Shown here one piece after another: positions 16,152 to 27,600 of a stretch of 64,000 nucleotides of DNA; position 1 is the first letter of the stretch, and each line of letters opens with the position of its first letter. The stretch lies in contig CAYQTT010000019.1 of NCBI GenBank assembly GCA_964420555.1, forward strand, positions 19,154 to 83,153, written 5' to 3'. The position numbers were made by a program, and so were the translations under genes. The stretch is from an uncultured Lentimicrobiaceae bacterium. GTDB taxonomy: Bacteria; Bacteroidota; Bacteroidia; Bacteroidales; UBA4417. The notes beneath the pieces were generated by a model. That model saw only the letters and a program-made list of their open reading frames with translations, did no database searches and had not been told where the DNA came from.

Positions 16152-18770
16152 ATGCCGCGGATTCTTACCTTTTTTATAGTAATAATTCTCCAGTTTGCTG
16201 CTTTCGCGCAGAACAAAACGTATACAACAAAAAAGATAAATCCAACTCCACCGGTTATTGATGGAAACCTCAATGACGAATGCTGGAAACATATTGAATG
16301 GGGAGGTGATTTTACACAATTCGAACCTTACGAGAACGGACTTCCCAGCCAGAAAACATCGTTTGCCATTCTTTACGACGACGACAATTTATACGTCGCT
16401 ATCAAAGCCTTTGATAGTGTGCCTGAAAAAATCAATAAACGACTTTCGCGCCGCGATGATGATGACGGCGACTGGGTTGGTATTGTCATTGACAGTTACG
16501 AAGATAAAATGACGGGATTTAGTTTCAGCGTAACCGCGGCAGGCTCAAAAATGGATCAGATTTTTACCAATGACACCGATGAGGACGACAGCTGGGATCC
16601 GATATGGCATGTAAAAACAAGTATTGACGACGAAGGTTGGAACGCCGAAATGAAGATCCCTTTATCTCAACTCCGCTTTACTAAGAAACCTCGGTACGAA
16701 TGGGGCGTTGAAATTGCCCGGTATATCTTCAGAAAAAACGAACTTTCGCTCTGGAAGCCTTTGAACAAAAGTTCCAATAAGCTAGTCAGCGATTTCGGCA
16801 CGTTGGAAGGCATTGAGAATATTTCGCCGAAAAAAGATATCGAGCTGTTTCCTTTTGCTTTAAGCAAACTCACTTTCGCCGAAAAAGAAGATGGCAACCC
16901 TTTTGCCACAGGAAAAGATAAAAGTTTTTCGGCCGGGCTCGACGGGAAAATCAGTCTGACTAACGATCTGACGCTGAACATGACTGTAAACCCCGATTTC
17001 GGGCAGGTTGAAGCCGATCCTTCGCTGGTTAATCTTTCGGCCTTCGAATCCTTTTTTCCCGAAAAACGACCATTTTTTATCGAAGGACGAAATATTTTTA
17101 ATTTCCGAATGACTTCCGGCGATGGCGATGGATCAAGTACCGGTATGTTTTACTCCAGGCGCATCGGAAGGCCGCCACACTTCGAGCCCGATCTTAACGA
17201 CGATGAATACGCCCGGATTCCTGACAACACCAGTATTCTCGGTGCTTTTAAAATATCGGGTAAAACCCGCAAAGGCACATCAATAGGGATACTTGAGTCC
17301 TTTACACAAAAGGAAAATGCCGACCTGTATAAAGATGGTGAAACTTCTGAATATCCGGTTGAGCCTTTCACGAATTATATTGTCGCCCGTGTGGAACAGG
17401 ATTTCAATAAAGGAAATACCGTGGCTGGAGGTTTATTTACTGCAACAAACCGCAAAATCGACAACGATAACTTCAGTACACTCCCGGTTGCTGCTTATAC
17501 CGGAGGTGCAAATGTGACCCGCTACTGGAAAAATAAAAACTATTTTGTCTCTCTCAAAGGCATTTTCAGCAGCATAAACGGATCGAAAGAAGCGTTGACA
17601 GAATTACAGACAAGCCCTACACATTATTTCCAGCGACCGGATGCCACACATCTCAGTGTCGACAGTTCACGCACCAGTATGGCAGGCCACGGCGGCACCG
17701 TCGAATTCGGTAAATTTGGCGGTGGGCATTTAAGGGCACTCACCTGGATAACCTGGTCGTCGCCAGGCCTCGATTTTAACGACCTTGGATTTATGCAGCA
17801 GGCCGATATAATCCAGCAAGTTGCCTGGGTAGGATATAACGAATGGAGGCCAAATCATTTTTACAATTCCTATAATTTCGGTGGTGATTTTTATACCGTC
17901 TGGAATTTTGCCGGTCAAAATACATACAAAGGATTAGAGCTGAACGGGAATATTCAGTTCAAGAACAATTACTCACTCTTTACCGGTGGAAATATTCAGG
18001 GAAATTCGTTGTCGGCACACGATTTGCGTGGTGGCCCCATGCTCCGACTTCCGGCAAATGCAAGTTACCGGATCGGGGTTTCAAGCGATCCGCGAAAAAA
18101 AATACAAATGGATATTTTCCTGATGAAAAACTGGGCTAAATACGATAATTCATCATATTCAACTATCGAATATTCAATTATTTACAAGCCTGTGAATACC
18201 GTTTCAATATCCTTGTCGCCCGGTTTCAGCTCTTCGTACGATAATCTGCAATATGTTACCACAATCGACGAAAATACAGCGAATGAAAATTACATAATGA
18301 GCCGCCTCGATAGTAAACAATTTTCTCTTGCCGCCAGAATTAATGTAGGGATAACACCTGATATGTCGTTGCAGTTTTACGGTCAGCCCTTCTATTTTGC
18401 AGGGAACTATACCAAATTTAAAACCATCACCGATCCTGATGCGGATGACTATTTCGACAGATTTCATGAATATTCCGAAAGCGAAATTCAATACGACAGC
18501 GAATCCGCTCAATACCTTGTGGATACTGATGGCAACGGAACTGATTTTAGTTTCGATGACCCGAATTTCCATTTCCTGCAGTTCCGGTCGAACCTGGTTT
18601 TCAGGTGGGAATATAAACCCGGCTCCGCCTTTTACCTGGTATGGTCGCAGGGACGCACCACCGATGGTTCCGAAGGGAAATTCATGTTCAGCGATTACAC
18701 CACAGAGCTGCGGAATACACCCGCACAAAACGATTTCCTGATTAAAGTTTCGTATGCGATAATCTTTTAA
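16152..18770 (+). CDS. DUF5916 / carbohydrate-binding-family-9-like outer-membrane protein (full length)
   Basis: Signal peptide, N-terminal CBM9/DOMON-like region (PPVIDGNLNDECW). The long C-terminal region is paralogous to 1..2028. Ends ..YAIIF. Confidence 0.8.
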   Translation: MPRILTFFIVIILQFAAFAQNKTYTTKKINPTPPVIDGNLNDECWKHIEWGGDFTQFEPYENGLPSQKTSFAILYDDDNLYVAIKAFDSVPEKINKRLSRRDDDDGDWVGIVIDSYEDKMTGFSFSVTAAGSKMDQIFTNDTDEDDSWDPIWHVKTSIDDEGWNAEMKIPLSQLRFTKKPRYEWGVEIARYIFRKNELSLWKPLNKSSNKLVSDFGTLEGIENISPKKDIELFPFALSKLTFAEKEDGNPFATGKDKSFSAGLDGKISLTNDLTLNMTVNPDFGQVEADPSLVNLSAFESFFPEKRPFFIEGRNIFNFRMTSGDGDGSSTGMFYSRRIGRPPHFEPDLNDDEYARIPDNTSILGAFKISGKTRKGTSIGILESFTQKENADLYKDGETSEYPVEPFTNYIVARVEQDFNKGNTVAGGLFTATNRKIDNDNFSTLPVAAYTGGANVTRYWKNKNYFVSLKGIFSSINGSKEALTELQTSPTHYFQRPDATHLSVDSSRTSMAGHGGTVEFGKFGGGHLRALTWITWSSPGLDFNDLGFMQQADIIQQVAWVGYNEWRPNHFYNSYNFGGDFYTVWNFAGQNTYKGLELNGNIQFKNNYSLFTGGNIQGNSLSAHDLRGGPMLRLPANASYRIGVSSDPRKKIQMDIFLMKNWAKYDNSSYSTIEYSIIYKPVNTVSISLSPGFSSSYDNLQYVTTIDENTANENYIMSRLDSKQFSLAARINVGITPDMSLQFYGQPFYFAGNYTKFKTITDPDADDYFDRFHEYSESEIQYDSESAQYLVDTDGNGTDFSFDDPNFHFLQFRSNLVFRWEYKPGSAFYLVWSQGRTTDGSEGKFMFSDYTTELRNTPAQNDFLIKVSYAIIF

Positions 18771-18964
18771 ACATGATATAGCTGCATTTCTGAGACTAAT
18801 CCGGGTTGCCGGACCACAAAACAGTAAAGTATCGGAAATTAACAGAACAATAAATTATAAAATATTCATTTACTGCATTTTACCACTTCAATAATCTTCA
18901 AAAATTGTTGATAAATTCTTACGTTTCCGCGACCGGTTTCCCTGTTTATCTCGAATAAAATACT

Positions 18965-18972
18965 TACCTTTG
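18965..18972 (+). promoter_or_regulatory. Bacteroidota-type -7 promoter box (TAnnTTTG) for gyrB
   Basis: TACCTTTG, 36 nt upstream of the ATG at 19008. Confidence 0.55.
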
Positions 18973-18983
18973 CAATGCATTAG

Positions 18984-20996
<2,013 letters not shown>

Positions 20997-21023
20997 AAAC
21001 TCTGTCTTACCAGGAGTTTTAAA

Positions 21024-21058
21024 GCAAAAAAGACAGGAAAATATCCTGTCTTTTTTGC
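21024..21058. terminator. bidirectional terminator between gyrB and the DUF2461 gene
   Basis: GCAAAAAAGACAGG-aaaatat-CCTGTCTTTTTTGC, a 14-bp stem with A/T runs on both sides. Confidence 0.85.
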
Positions 21059-21084
21059 TTTATATAAATTAAGAATCAAATCAT

Positions 21085-21753
21085 CTAGCCGTTACTTATC
21101 GCCCTGTTCAGGAAAGCCATAAAAGGTTGTAGCTCTCTCACCATATCAACTGCAAGTTTTTTGTAGCCTGCCGGATCGGAAACCACTTCATCAGGGATAT
21201 CCTGCGATACTATGTACGAACGGTATTTTAAAAGATCGATATCCGGGAAATCAGCAGGAAAATCTTTGGGAGCTTTTTTCAGTTTGTCAAAATCGCCCAA
21301 CTGATCAAAATACTTCCTGAATGATGGCTTCTCAATTATCCTTTTGAGTTCATCACTGTGATAATAAATCTCATTCCGCAGCAGCTTCAACGTTTCCGGT
21401 TGAGGCATATAAACACCGCCGGCAAGCATTGATTTTCCAGGCTCGAAGTGGAAATAATATCCGGGGTTGGAGCTCTTTCGGCCACCACGGGCTATAAAAA
21501 CGCCAAAATTGGTTTTATATGGCGATTTATCTGCGCCAAAGCGTACATCCCTGAAAATACGGAATATACAATCCTTCATGGCAGGAGTTTGCAAAGCAGG
21601 ATCAATAGCCGATATCGTTGTAATCATTTCCGAAACAAAGACTTCAACCTCTTTGCGCGATTTTTCGTACCATGCTTTATTTTGCTGAAACCAATCGCGG
21701 TTGTTATTCACGGTTAATTGCGAAAGGAAATCAAGAACTGTAACTGTATCCAT
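21085..21753 (-). CDS. DUF2461 (TIGR02453) family protein
   Basis: NNNRDWFQQNKAWYE, FRIFRDVRFGADKSPYKTNFG and GYYFHFEPG are characteristic of the DUF2461 family. Confidence 0.8.
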   Translation of the reverse strand: MDTVTVLDFLSQLTVNNNRDWFQQNKAWYEKSRKEVEVFVSEMITTISAIDPALQTPAMKDCIFRIFRDVRFGADKSPYKTNFGVFIARGGRKSSNPGYYFHFEPGKSMLAGGVYMPQPETLKLLRNEIYYHSDELKRIIEKPSFRKYFDQLGDFDKLKKAPKDFPADFPDIDLLKYRSYIVSQDIPDEVVSDPAGYKKLAVDMVRELQPFMAFLNRAISNG

Positions 21754-21781
21754 TTAACATCTGTTTTACTGAGTATGTCTA

Positions 21782-21789
21782 CAAAAATA
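21782..21789 (-). promoter_or_regulatory. -7 promoter box for the DUF2461 gene
   Basis: The minus strand reads TATTTTTG, 29 nt upstream of the ATG at 21753. Confidence 0.45.
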
Positions 21790-21919
21790 ACACTTAAACC
21801 AAACTAAAAACAGAAATTACTCTTATAATTTACTACTAACTCCAGTCTTTACATTTCCTTTTGCTGCACAAATGGCATGAATCCGATTTTTTTATACATT
21901 AGACGAAAAATATAACCGC

Positions 21920-22732
21920 ATGAAGTTTAGCTTTACAATTATCCTTTTATTCATAATTTTCAAATCAGCATTTGCTTCAGGAGAATGGATTACACATGGC
22001 GGCCGTGCAGCCGGTATGGGTCTTTCGTCGGTAGCAGTCAGCGATTTCTGGAGTGTAAATAACAACCAGGCAGGCATGGCTTTTTACGATAAAACGGCAG
22101 CAGGTATTTATTACGAAAACCGTTTCCTGATTAATGAAATGGCCACTCAAAGCGGGGCTTTTACTTTAAAAACAAAACATGGAATGCTTGGCGCAACAGT
22201 GGGTTATTCGGGTGATGCCAATTATAACACTACCAAAGCAGGCCTTGCTTATGCAATGAAATTTGGTAACCGTTTTGCTGCAGGAGTTCAACTCGACTAT
22301 ATCGGCACCACACTTGGCGAAGAATACGGCAAACGAAGCAGCATAACTTTTGATGCAGGAATAATGGTTCGCATAACTGAACAATTTACTTTTGGGGCAC
22401 ATGTGTTCAACCCGATACATGCAAAAATATCCGATTACAACAACGAAAGTATTCCCTCAACTTTAAATGCCGGGTTCAGTTATACTTTTTCCGATAAACT
22501 TCTTCTTACTGCCGAAGCATATAAAAACAGCGAATTCCCCATGGAATTCCGTTCCGGCGCCGAATACAAACTTGGCAGAATTGCGTATGCCCGCATCGGC
22601 GTAAGCACAAATCCGGCCCGCTACACTTTTGGTTTCGGTCTGGAAATGAAAAAACTGACTATCGATCTTTCTTCCTCCATCCATCAGCAACTAGGCTATT
22701 CGCCCCAGGTTTCCCTGCAATACGCATTTTAA
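21920..22732 (+). CDS. PorV/PorQ-like outer-membrane beta-barrel protein
   Basis: Signal peptide. N-terminal GGRAAGMGLSSVAVSD..NNQAGMA motif resembles the PorV/PorQ/UPF0164 signature. Beta-strand-rich, with C-terminal ..LQYAF. Confidence 0.5.
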   Translation: MKFSFTIILLFIIFKSAFASGEWITHGGRAAGMGLSSVAVSDFWSVNNNQAGMAFYDKTAAGIYYENRFLINEMATQSGAFTLKTKHGMLGATVGYSGDANYNTTKAGLAYAMKFGNRFAAGVQLDYIGTTLGEEYGKRSSITFDAGIMVRITEQFTFGAHVFNPIHAKISDYNNESIPSTLNAGFSYTFSDKLLLTAEAYKNSEFPMEFRSGAEYKLGRIAYARIGVSTNPARYTFGFGLEMKKLTIDLSSSIHQQLGYSPQVSLQYAF

Positions 22733-22735
22733 ACA

Positions 22736-24859
22736 ATGAAAAAACAACGGGAAACCATGCCAAAACTAACTTTTAGTCTGATCATGCTTCTTATGCTTTT
22801 CAGCACAGGTATCGCAATTGCGCAGCAACCTGACACATTGCGATATACAGGTGCCGAAGGGATAGAGCAACATATTGAAAACCTGGCTGAGCGCTCGGAA
22901 GTGGAAATGGATTATAGCGATTGGGTAGAAGAAATTAACCTGCTTCGCGAACGTCCTGTTAATTTAAATTCAGGCGATGAAAATGAACTGCGAAGGTTGT
23001 TTTTTCTCAACGAATTACAAATCAGCAATTTAATTGAATACACCACACTGTACGGACAGCTTGTATCTATTTACGAATTGCAGGTTATCGATGGTTTTAA
23101 CGAAAAGATAGTCAGCCAGATGCTTCCGTTTATATCGCTGTCACCTTTTGTTCTGGAGAAATTTTCACTAAAAAAAGCGTTAAAATATGGCAGTACCGAT
23201 GTAATGCTGCGTTATCAGCGTGTTTTGCAGGAGCAAAGCGGATATGCCGAAGTATCCGATTCAGTCAGGCAGGCAAATCCCAATAAATATTATCTTGGCA
23301 ATCAAAACAGTGCTTTCCTGCGGGTTCAGTATTCGTATAAAGATTATTTAAAATTCGGATTGGTTTGCGATAAAGATGCAGGTGAAACATTTTTACCAAA
23401 ATCGGATACTTTACCAAAAGGATTTGATTTTTACTCCATCCATTTATTTTTGAAGAACATTGGCATAATCAAGCAGTTAGCTATTGGCGATTACCATGTA
23501 CAATTCGGGCAGGGATTGACAATGTGGTCGGGTTTTTCGATGGGTAAGGCGGCAGGCTCAGTAGTTATGCGTAAACGGGCTCCTGCATTACGCCCACATG
23601 CTTCGTCAAACGAATATGCATTTATGCGCGGCGTAGCAACCACGGTTGGTTTAGGAAAATTCGATCTCACCGCATTTTATTCGAACCGGAAAGTTGATGC
23701 TAATCTGGTTGCATCCGATTCAATTACTTCGACCGAGGATTATGTAACTTCTTTACAGCAAACAGGTTACCACCGCACACCTGCCGAACTTGCCGACAAA
23801 GGTGCTAACCGCGAAATTGCCACAGGCGGCCATCTGACCTGGAACGGACAACATCTCAGAACTGGCATCACTCTGTTTCATGTAAATTATGAAATCCCTT
23901 TCGAAAACGATGACGAATTGTACAAAAAATTCCAGCCGGTTTTAAATTCAAATACGTATGCTGGTTTCGATTACAGTTATAACTATAAAACGCTGACGCT
24001 GTATGGCGAAGCAACCAAACAGATTGATGCCGGGCTGGCTTTTCTTCAGGGACTTTCCTTCAGTCCTGATCCGCGCCTTGCCTTTGCCATGGTTTATCGC
24101 AATTATCAGAAAGATTATCTCAATACTTTTAATGCAGCATTTGGCGAAAGCAGCAACAGTACAAACGAGAAGGGTTTATATATGGGATTGGTGGCTACTC
24201 CTTTCAAAAAGATAACATTAAGCGCTTACGCAGATATGTTTCGCTACGAGTGGCTGCATTACCGGGTTGATGCGCCTTCGAACGGACAGGAATATTCAGC
24301 GCAGGCCGTTTATAATATTTCGCGCCGCGGCGACCTGGTATTCGGATACCGGCGAATGCTGAACCCGCTGAACTATTCAGAAAATACGGAAAAAATGAAC
24401 CAGGTTGGTGAATCGGACCGCTCCTATTTCAGAATACAATTAAATTATCAGGCCCTGGATTGGTTAAAACTGCAAAGCCGTATAGAAATATCAAAACGCG
24501 AAGCACCGCTTAAAAATACTGAAACCGGATATCTCATTTACCAGGGATTTCAGATAAAACCTGTTAAAAAGGACTGGACTCTGAATTTCAGGTATTCACT
24601 TTTCGATACCGATTCGTATGATACACGGCTGTATGCTTTCGAAAACGATGTTCCATACTCCTTCTCAGTTCCTGCCTTTTCGGGAAAAGGAAGCCGTTTT
24701 TATGTCATGCTCAATACAAAATTAAGCAGGAATCTTTCGTTAATATTCCGTTTCGCGAAAACCTGGTATTCCGATAGAAACGTGATAAGCAGTGATCTTG
24801 ACCAAATTAACGGCAACAAAAAATCGGATGTCAAGGCGGTGCTTAGGTTTTCTTTTTAG
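22736..24859 (+). CDS. ComEA-like helix-hairpin-helix domain fused to a large beta-rich (OM-barrel-like) domain
   Basis: Signal peptide. VNLNSGDENELRRLFFLNELQISNLIEYTTLYGQLVSIYELQVIDGFNEKIVSQMLPFI follows the ComEA HhH pattern. The ~560-aa C-terminal region ends ..LRFSF. The start lies 4 nt after the upstream gene. Confidence 0.7.
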   Translation: MKKQRETMPKLTFSLIMLLMLFSTGIAIAQQPDTLRYTGAEGIEQHIENLAERSEVEMDYSDWVEEINLLRERPVNLNSGDENELRRLFFLNELQISNLIEYTTLYGQLVSIYELQVIDGFNEKIVSQMLPFISLSPFVLEKFSLKKALKYGSTDVMLRYQRVLQEQSGYAEVSDSVRQANPNKYYLGNQNSAFLRVQYSYKDYLKFGLVCDKDAGETFLPKSDTLPKGFDFYSIHLFLKNIGIIKQLAIGDYHVQFGQGLTMWSGFSMGKAAGSVVMRKRAPALRPHASSNEYAFMRGVATTVGLGKFDLTAFYSNRKVDANLVASDSITSTEDYVTSLQQTGYHRTPAELADKGANREIATGGHLTWNGQHLRTGITLFHVNYEIPFENDDELYKKFQPVLNSNTYAGFDYSYNYKTLTLYGEATKQIDAGLAFLQGLSFSPDPRLAFAMVYRNYQKDYLNTFNAAFGESSNSTNEKGLYMGLVATPFKKITLSAYADMFRYEWLHYRVDAPSNGQEYSAQAVYNISRRGDLVFGYRRMLNPLNYSENTEKMNQVGESDRSYFRIQLNYQALDWLKLQSRIEISKREAPLKNTETGYLIYQGFQIKPVKKDWTLNFRYSLFDTDSYDTRLYAFENDVPYSFSVPAFSGKGSRFYVMLNTKLSRNLSLIFRFAKTWYSDRNVISSDLDQINGNKKSDVKAVLRFSF

Positions 24860-24930
24860 TAAAATATCCCCTCGCCGGAAACACTCTTTTTTTGCATTGT
24901 AATGACTGATAATTAATTGAGAAATTAGTT

Positions 24931-24938
24931 TATTTTTG
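24931..24938 (+). promoter_or_regulatory. -7 promoter box for the POT transporter gene
   Basis: TATTTTTG, 48 nt upstream of the ATG at 24986. Confidence 0.45.
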
Positions 24939-24985
24939 CCTTCAGAAAAATACCTAAAACCTAATACAAACTAAATCTAACAGTT

Positions 24986-26482
24986 ATGTTTAAAGACCAA
25001 CCTAAAGGACTTATCGCCGCAGCTTTGGCCAACATGGGTGAGCGTTTCGGCTTCTACACAATGATGGCAATCCTCACATTGTTTCTGATGTCGAAATTTA
25101 ACATCACCGGGACAGAAGCAGGAAAATTTTACTCCATTTTTTATGGCTCAATCTATATTCTCGCTTTGGTTGGCGGTTTAATTGCCGACAAACTACGTAA
25201 CTACAAGGGTACTATCATCGTAGGTTTGATTATCATGGCTGCCGGCTATATTTTTCTGGCAACTCCTTCGTTAATTACATCCAAGTATATTGCACTGGCT
25301 GCATTGCTTGTGATTGCGTTCGGCAACGGTCTTTTCAAAGGAAACCTTCAGGCACTGGTTGGCCAGATGTACGACAACGATAAATATCGCGCCAAACGCG
25401 ATTCCGGTTTCCAGATCTTCTACATGTTCATCAATGTAGGTGCTATGTTTGCCCCTTTTATGGCTACGTGGGTGAGAAATACCTTCGTAAAAATGCAAGG
25501 GTTTGGCTATAATGCTGAATTACCGGGCCTTTGCCATCAATATCTTGACGGTAAAATGTCAGAGGATGTTGTAAGTGGAAGGTTTACCGAGTTAGCAACT
25601 TCTGTTTCTGGAAACATGCCGGCAAACCTTGGTGATTTTGCCGCCAAATATCTGGATGCATTTAATACTGGTTTTCACTACGCCTTTTATACTGCAGTTG
25701 TTGCAATGATTATTTCCCTTGTGGTTTTCATTGCCTCCAAAAAAATTCTTCCTGATCCCAAGGACAAAGTAAAAGCTGGTCACGGAATGTCAAAAGAGGA
25801 AATCAAACAGGATGCCAAAGAAATTAAACAGCGTATTCTCGCACTCATGGCCGTATTTGGTGTTGTGATCTTTTTCTGGTTCTCTTTCCACCAAAACGGA
25901 CTTACGCTTACAATGTTTGCAAAGGACTATACCTTACTTGGGGGAATTTTCCCATCGGTTGAGAGTTTCCAATCTATTAATCCATTCCTGGTTGTATTCC
26001 TTACACCGGTGATTATTTTTATCTTCAGTGCCCTGGCAAAAAAAGGCAAAGAACCCTCTACTCCAAGAAAAATCGGTATCGGAATGGGAATTGCGGCCTT
26101 AGCTTTTATTGTTATGGCGGTAGGATCTATTGGATTACCAATGCTAAAAGATGTAACGGCCATGGGTGGTTTACCAGATACTGCAAAAATGACTCCATGG
26201 TTTCTTTTCAGTGTTTACTTTATACTAACAGTTGCTGAACTGTTCATTTCGCCGCTGGGTCTTTCTTTTGTATCAAAAGTGGCTCCGGTTCATTTACAGG
26301 GATTGATGCAGGGGGGATGGCTTACAGCTACCGCCATTGGAAACTTCTCTTTGTTCCTGGGAGCTATGATGTACGAAAGCATTTCAATTTCAGTAACCTG
26401 GACCGTTTTTGTTGTGGTTTGTTTCCTGTCAATGATTGCCATGTTTGCAATGGTTAGCTGGCTCGAAAGGGTTTCAAAATAA
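24986..26482 (+). CDS. POT/PTR2-family di-/tripeptide:proton symporter
   Basis: MFS topology with the ERFGFYTMMAILTLFL signature of proton-dependent oligopeptide transporters. Confidence 0.9.
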   Translation: MFKDQPKGLIAAALANMGERFGFYTMMAILTLFLMSKFNITGTEAGKFYSIFYGSIYILALVGGLIADKLRNYKGTIIVGLIIMAAGYIFLATPSLITSKYIALAALLVIAFGNGLFKGNLQALVGQMYDNDKYRAKRDSGFQIFYMFINVGAMFAPFMATWVRNTFVKMQGFGYNAELPGLCHQYLDGKMSEDVVSGRFTELATSVSGNMPANLGDFAAKYLDAFNTGFHYAFYTAVVAMIISLVVFIASKKILPDPKDKVKAGHGMSKEEIKQDAKEIKQRILALMAVFGVVIFFWFSFHQNGLTLTMFAKDYTLLGGIFPSVESFQSINPFLVVFLTPVIIFIFSALAKKGKEPSTPRKIGIGMGIAALAFIVMAVGSIGLPMLKDVTAMGGLPDTAKMTPWFLFSVYFILTVAELFISPLGLSFVSKVAPVHLQGLMQGGWLTATAIGNFSLFLGAMMYESISISVTWTVFVVVCFLSMIAMFAMVSWLERVSK

Positions 26483-26501
26483 ACTTTTTCCAAATAACAT
26501 T

Positions 26502-26534
26502 AAAAAGGCTGCCCATTCAAAAGGCAGCCTTTTT
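26502..26534 (+). terminator. terminator after the POT transporter gene
   Basis: AAAAAGGCTGCC-cattcaaaa-GGCAGCCTTTTT, a 12-bp stem plus T-run. Confidence 0.85.
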
Positions 26535-26549
26535 CATTATTTTTGCCCT

Positions 26550-27503
26550 ATGACAGAAATCCAGTACCCATGGCAGCACAACCGCCGGTATAATTCCTAT
26601 TCCGAATATTTTAAACGTGAATTTGGCACCCGCGTTCAAAAAGTTACTATCGATGCCGGATTCACCTGTCCGAACCGCGATGGAGTTAAAGGTGTGGGTG
26701 GTTGTACATATTGTAATAATGATGCTTTTAACCCTTCGTATTGCCAGCCACACAAAACGGTAACTCAACAAATAACCGAAGGCATCGAATTTCACCAGAA
26801 GCGCTATCGCCGGGCAAAAAACTACCTGGCCTATTTTCAGGCTTATTCCAACACCTATGGTTCGTTGGAATATTTAAAATCGCTGTACGACGAGGCACTC
26901 GCATTTCCCGGCGTAAGTGGCCTGGTTATTGGTACACGCCCCGATTGTATTGACGATCAGAAACTTGAATACTTTGCAAGGCTTGCCGAGAAGCATTATG
27001 TAATTATTGAATATGGAATTGAATCCTGCTACAACCGAACGTTGGAGCGAATTAACCGTGGGCATACTTTTGAGGAATCGGAAGCCGCTATCCTCAAAAC
27101 AGCATCTTATGGAATACATACCGGCGCTCATCTGATTTTCGGGCTACAGGGCGAAACGGAGGCTGATATGCTGGCTGAGGCAGAAATAGTATCGAAACTT
27201 CCGCTTGACACTATAAAATTTCACCAGCTTCAGATTATAAAAGGAACCAGGATGGCCCAGGATTACCTTGAGTCTCCAACGCAGTTCAACCTGTTTTCAT
27301 TGGATGTATATATTGATTTTATTGTGCGTTTCACCGAAAGATTGAACCCGCAATTTGTCATTGAGCGTTTTACGGGCGAAGCTCCTCCCCGGTTCCAGGC
27401 CGGACCCATTTGGGGCGGATTGCGGAGCGATGAAGTTCAGATTTTGATAGAGAAGGAATTAGAAAAGAGAGATACGTGGCAGGGGAAGTTTGAAATGGAA
27501 TAG
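26550..27503 (+). CDS. TIGR01212-family radical SAM protein
   Basis: YSEYFKREFGTRVQKVTIDAGFTCPNRDG..GGCTYCN matches the TIGR01212 radical-SAM N-terminus. ATG at 26550 chosen; the ORF-track extension from 26436 overlaps the POT gene and its terminator. Confidence 0.85.
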   Translation: MTEIQYPWQHNRRYNSYSEYFKREFGTRVQKVTIDAGFTCPNRDGVKGVGGCTYCNNDAFNPSYCQPHKTVTQQITEGIEFHQKRYRRAKNYLAYFQAYSNTYGSLEYLKSLYDEALAFPGVSGLVIGTRPDCIDDQKLEYFARLAEKHYVIIEYGIESCYNRTLERINRGHTFEESEAAILKTASYGIHTGAHLIFGLQGETEADMLAEAEIVSKLPLDTIKFHQLQIIKGTRMAQDYLESPTQFNLFSLDVYIDFIVRFTERLNPQFVIERFTGEAPPRFQAGPIWGGLRSDEVQILIEKELEKRDTWQGKFEME

Positions 27504-27600
27504 TTGTCATTCAATGGTCATTCAATTGTTGAGGAATGAGCTTTTTGAGGGATTGAGAGGAATAGGTTGTCATTCGATAGTTGAAGATTGAGCTTTAGAG
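27504..27600. repeat. degenerate tandem duplication filling a convergent spacer
   Basis: GTCATTCAATTGTTGAGGAATGAGCTTTTTGAG (27518..27549) recurs as GTCATTCGATAGTTGAAGATTGAGCTTTAGAG (27570..27600). An extra GTTGTCATTCAATG lies at 27504. Together these occupy the whole 97-nt gap between two stop codons. Confidence 0.7.

Noticed and set aside
26538-26545. TATTTTTG promoter-like box upstream of the radical SAM gene
   Set aside because: It lies only 5 nt from the ATG, so a transcript starting ~7 nt downstream of the box would begin inside the coding sequence. I did not call it as a promoter.
26436-26549. N-terminal extension of the radical SAM ORF
   Set aside because: The extension overlaps the 3' end of the POT gene and spans its terminator hairpin. 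The conserved TIGR01212 N-terminus begins at the ATG at 26550.
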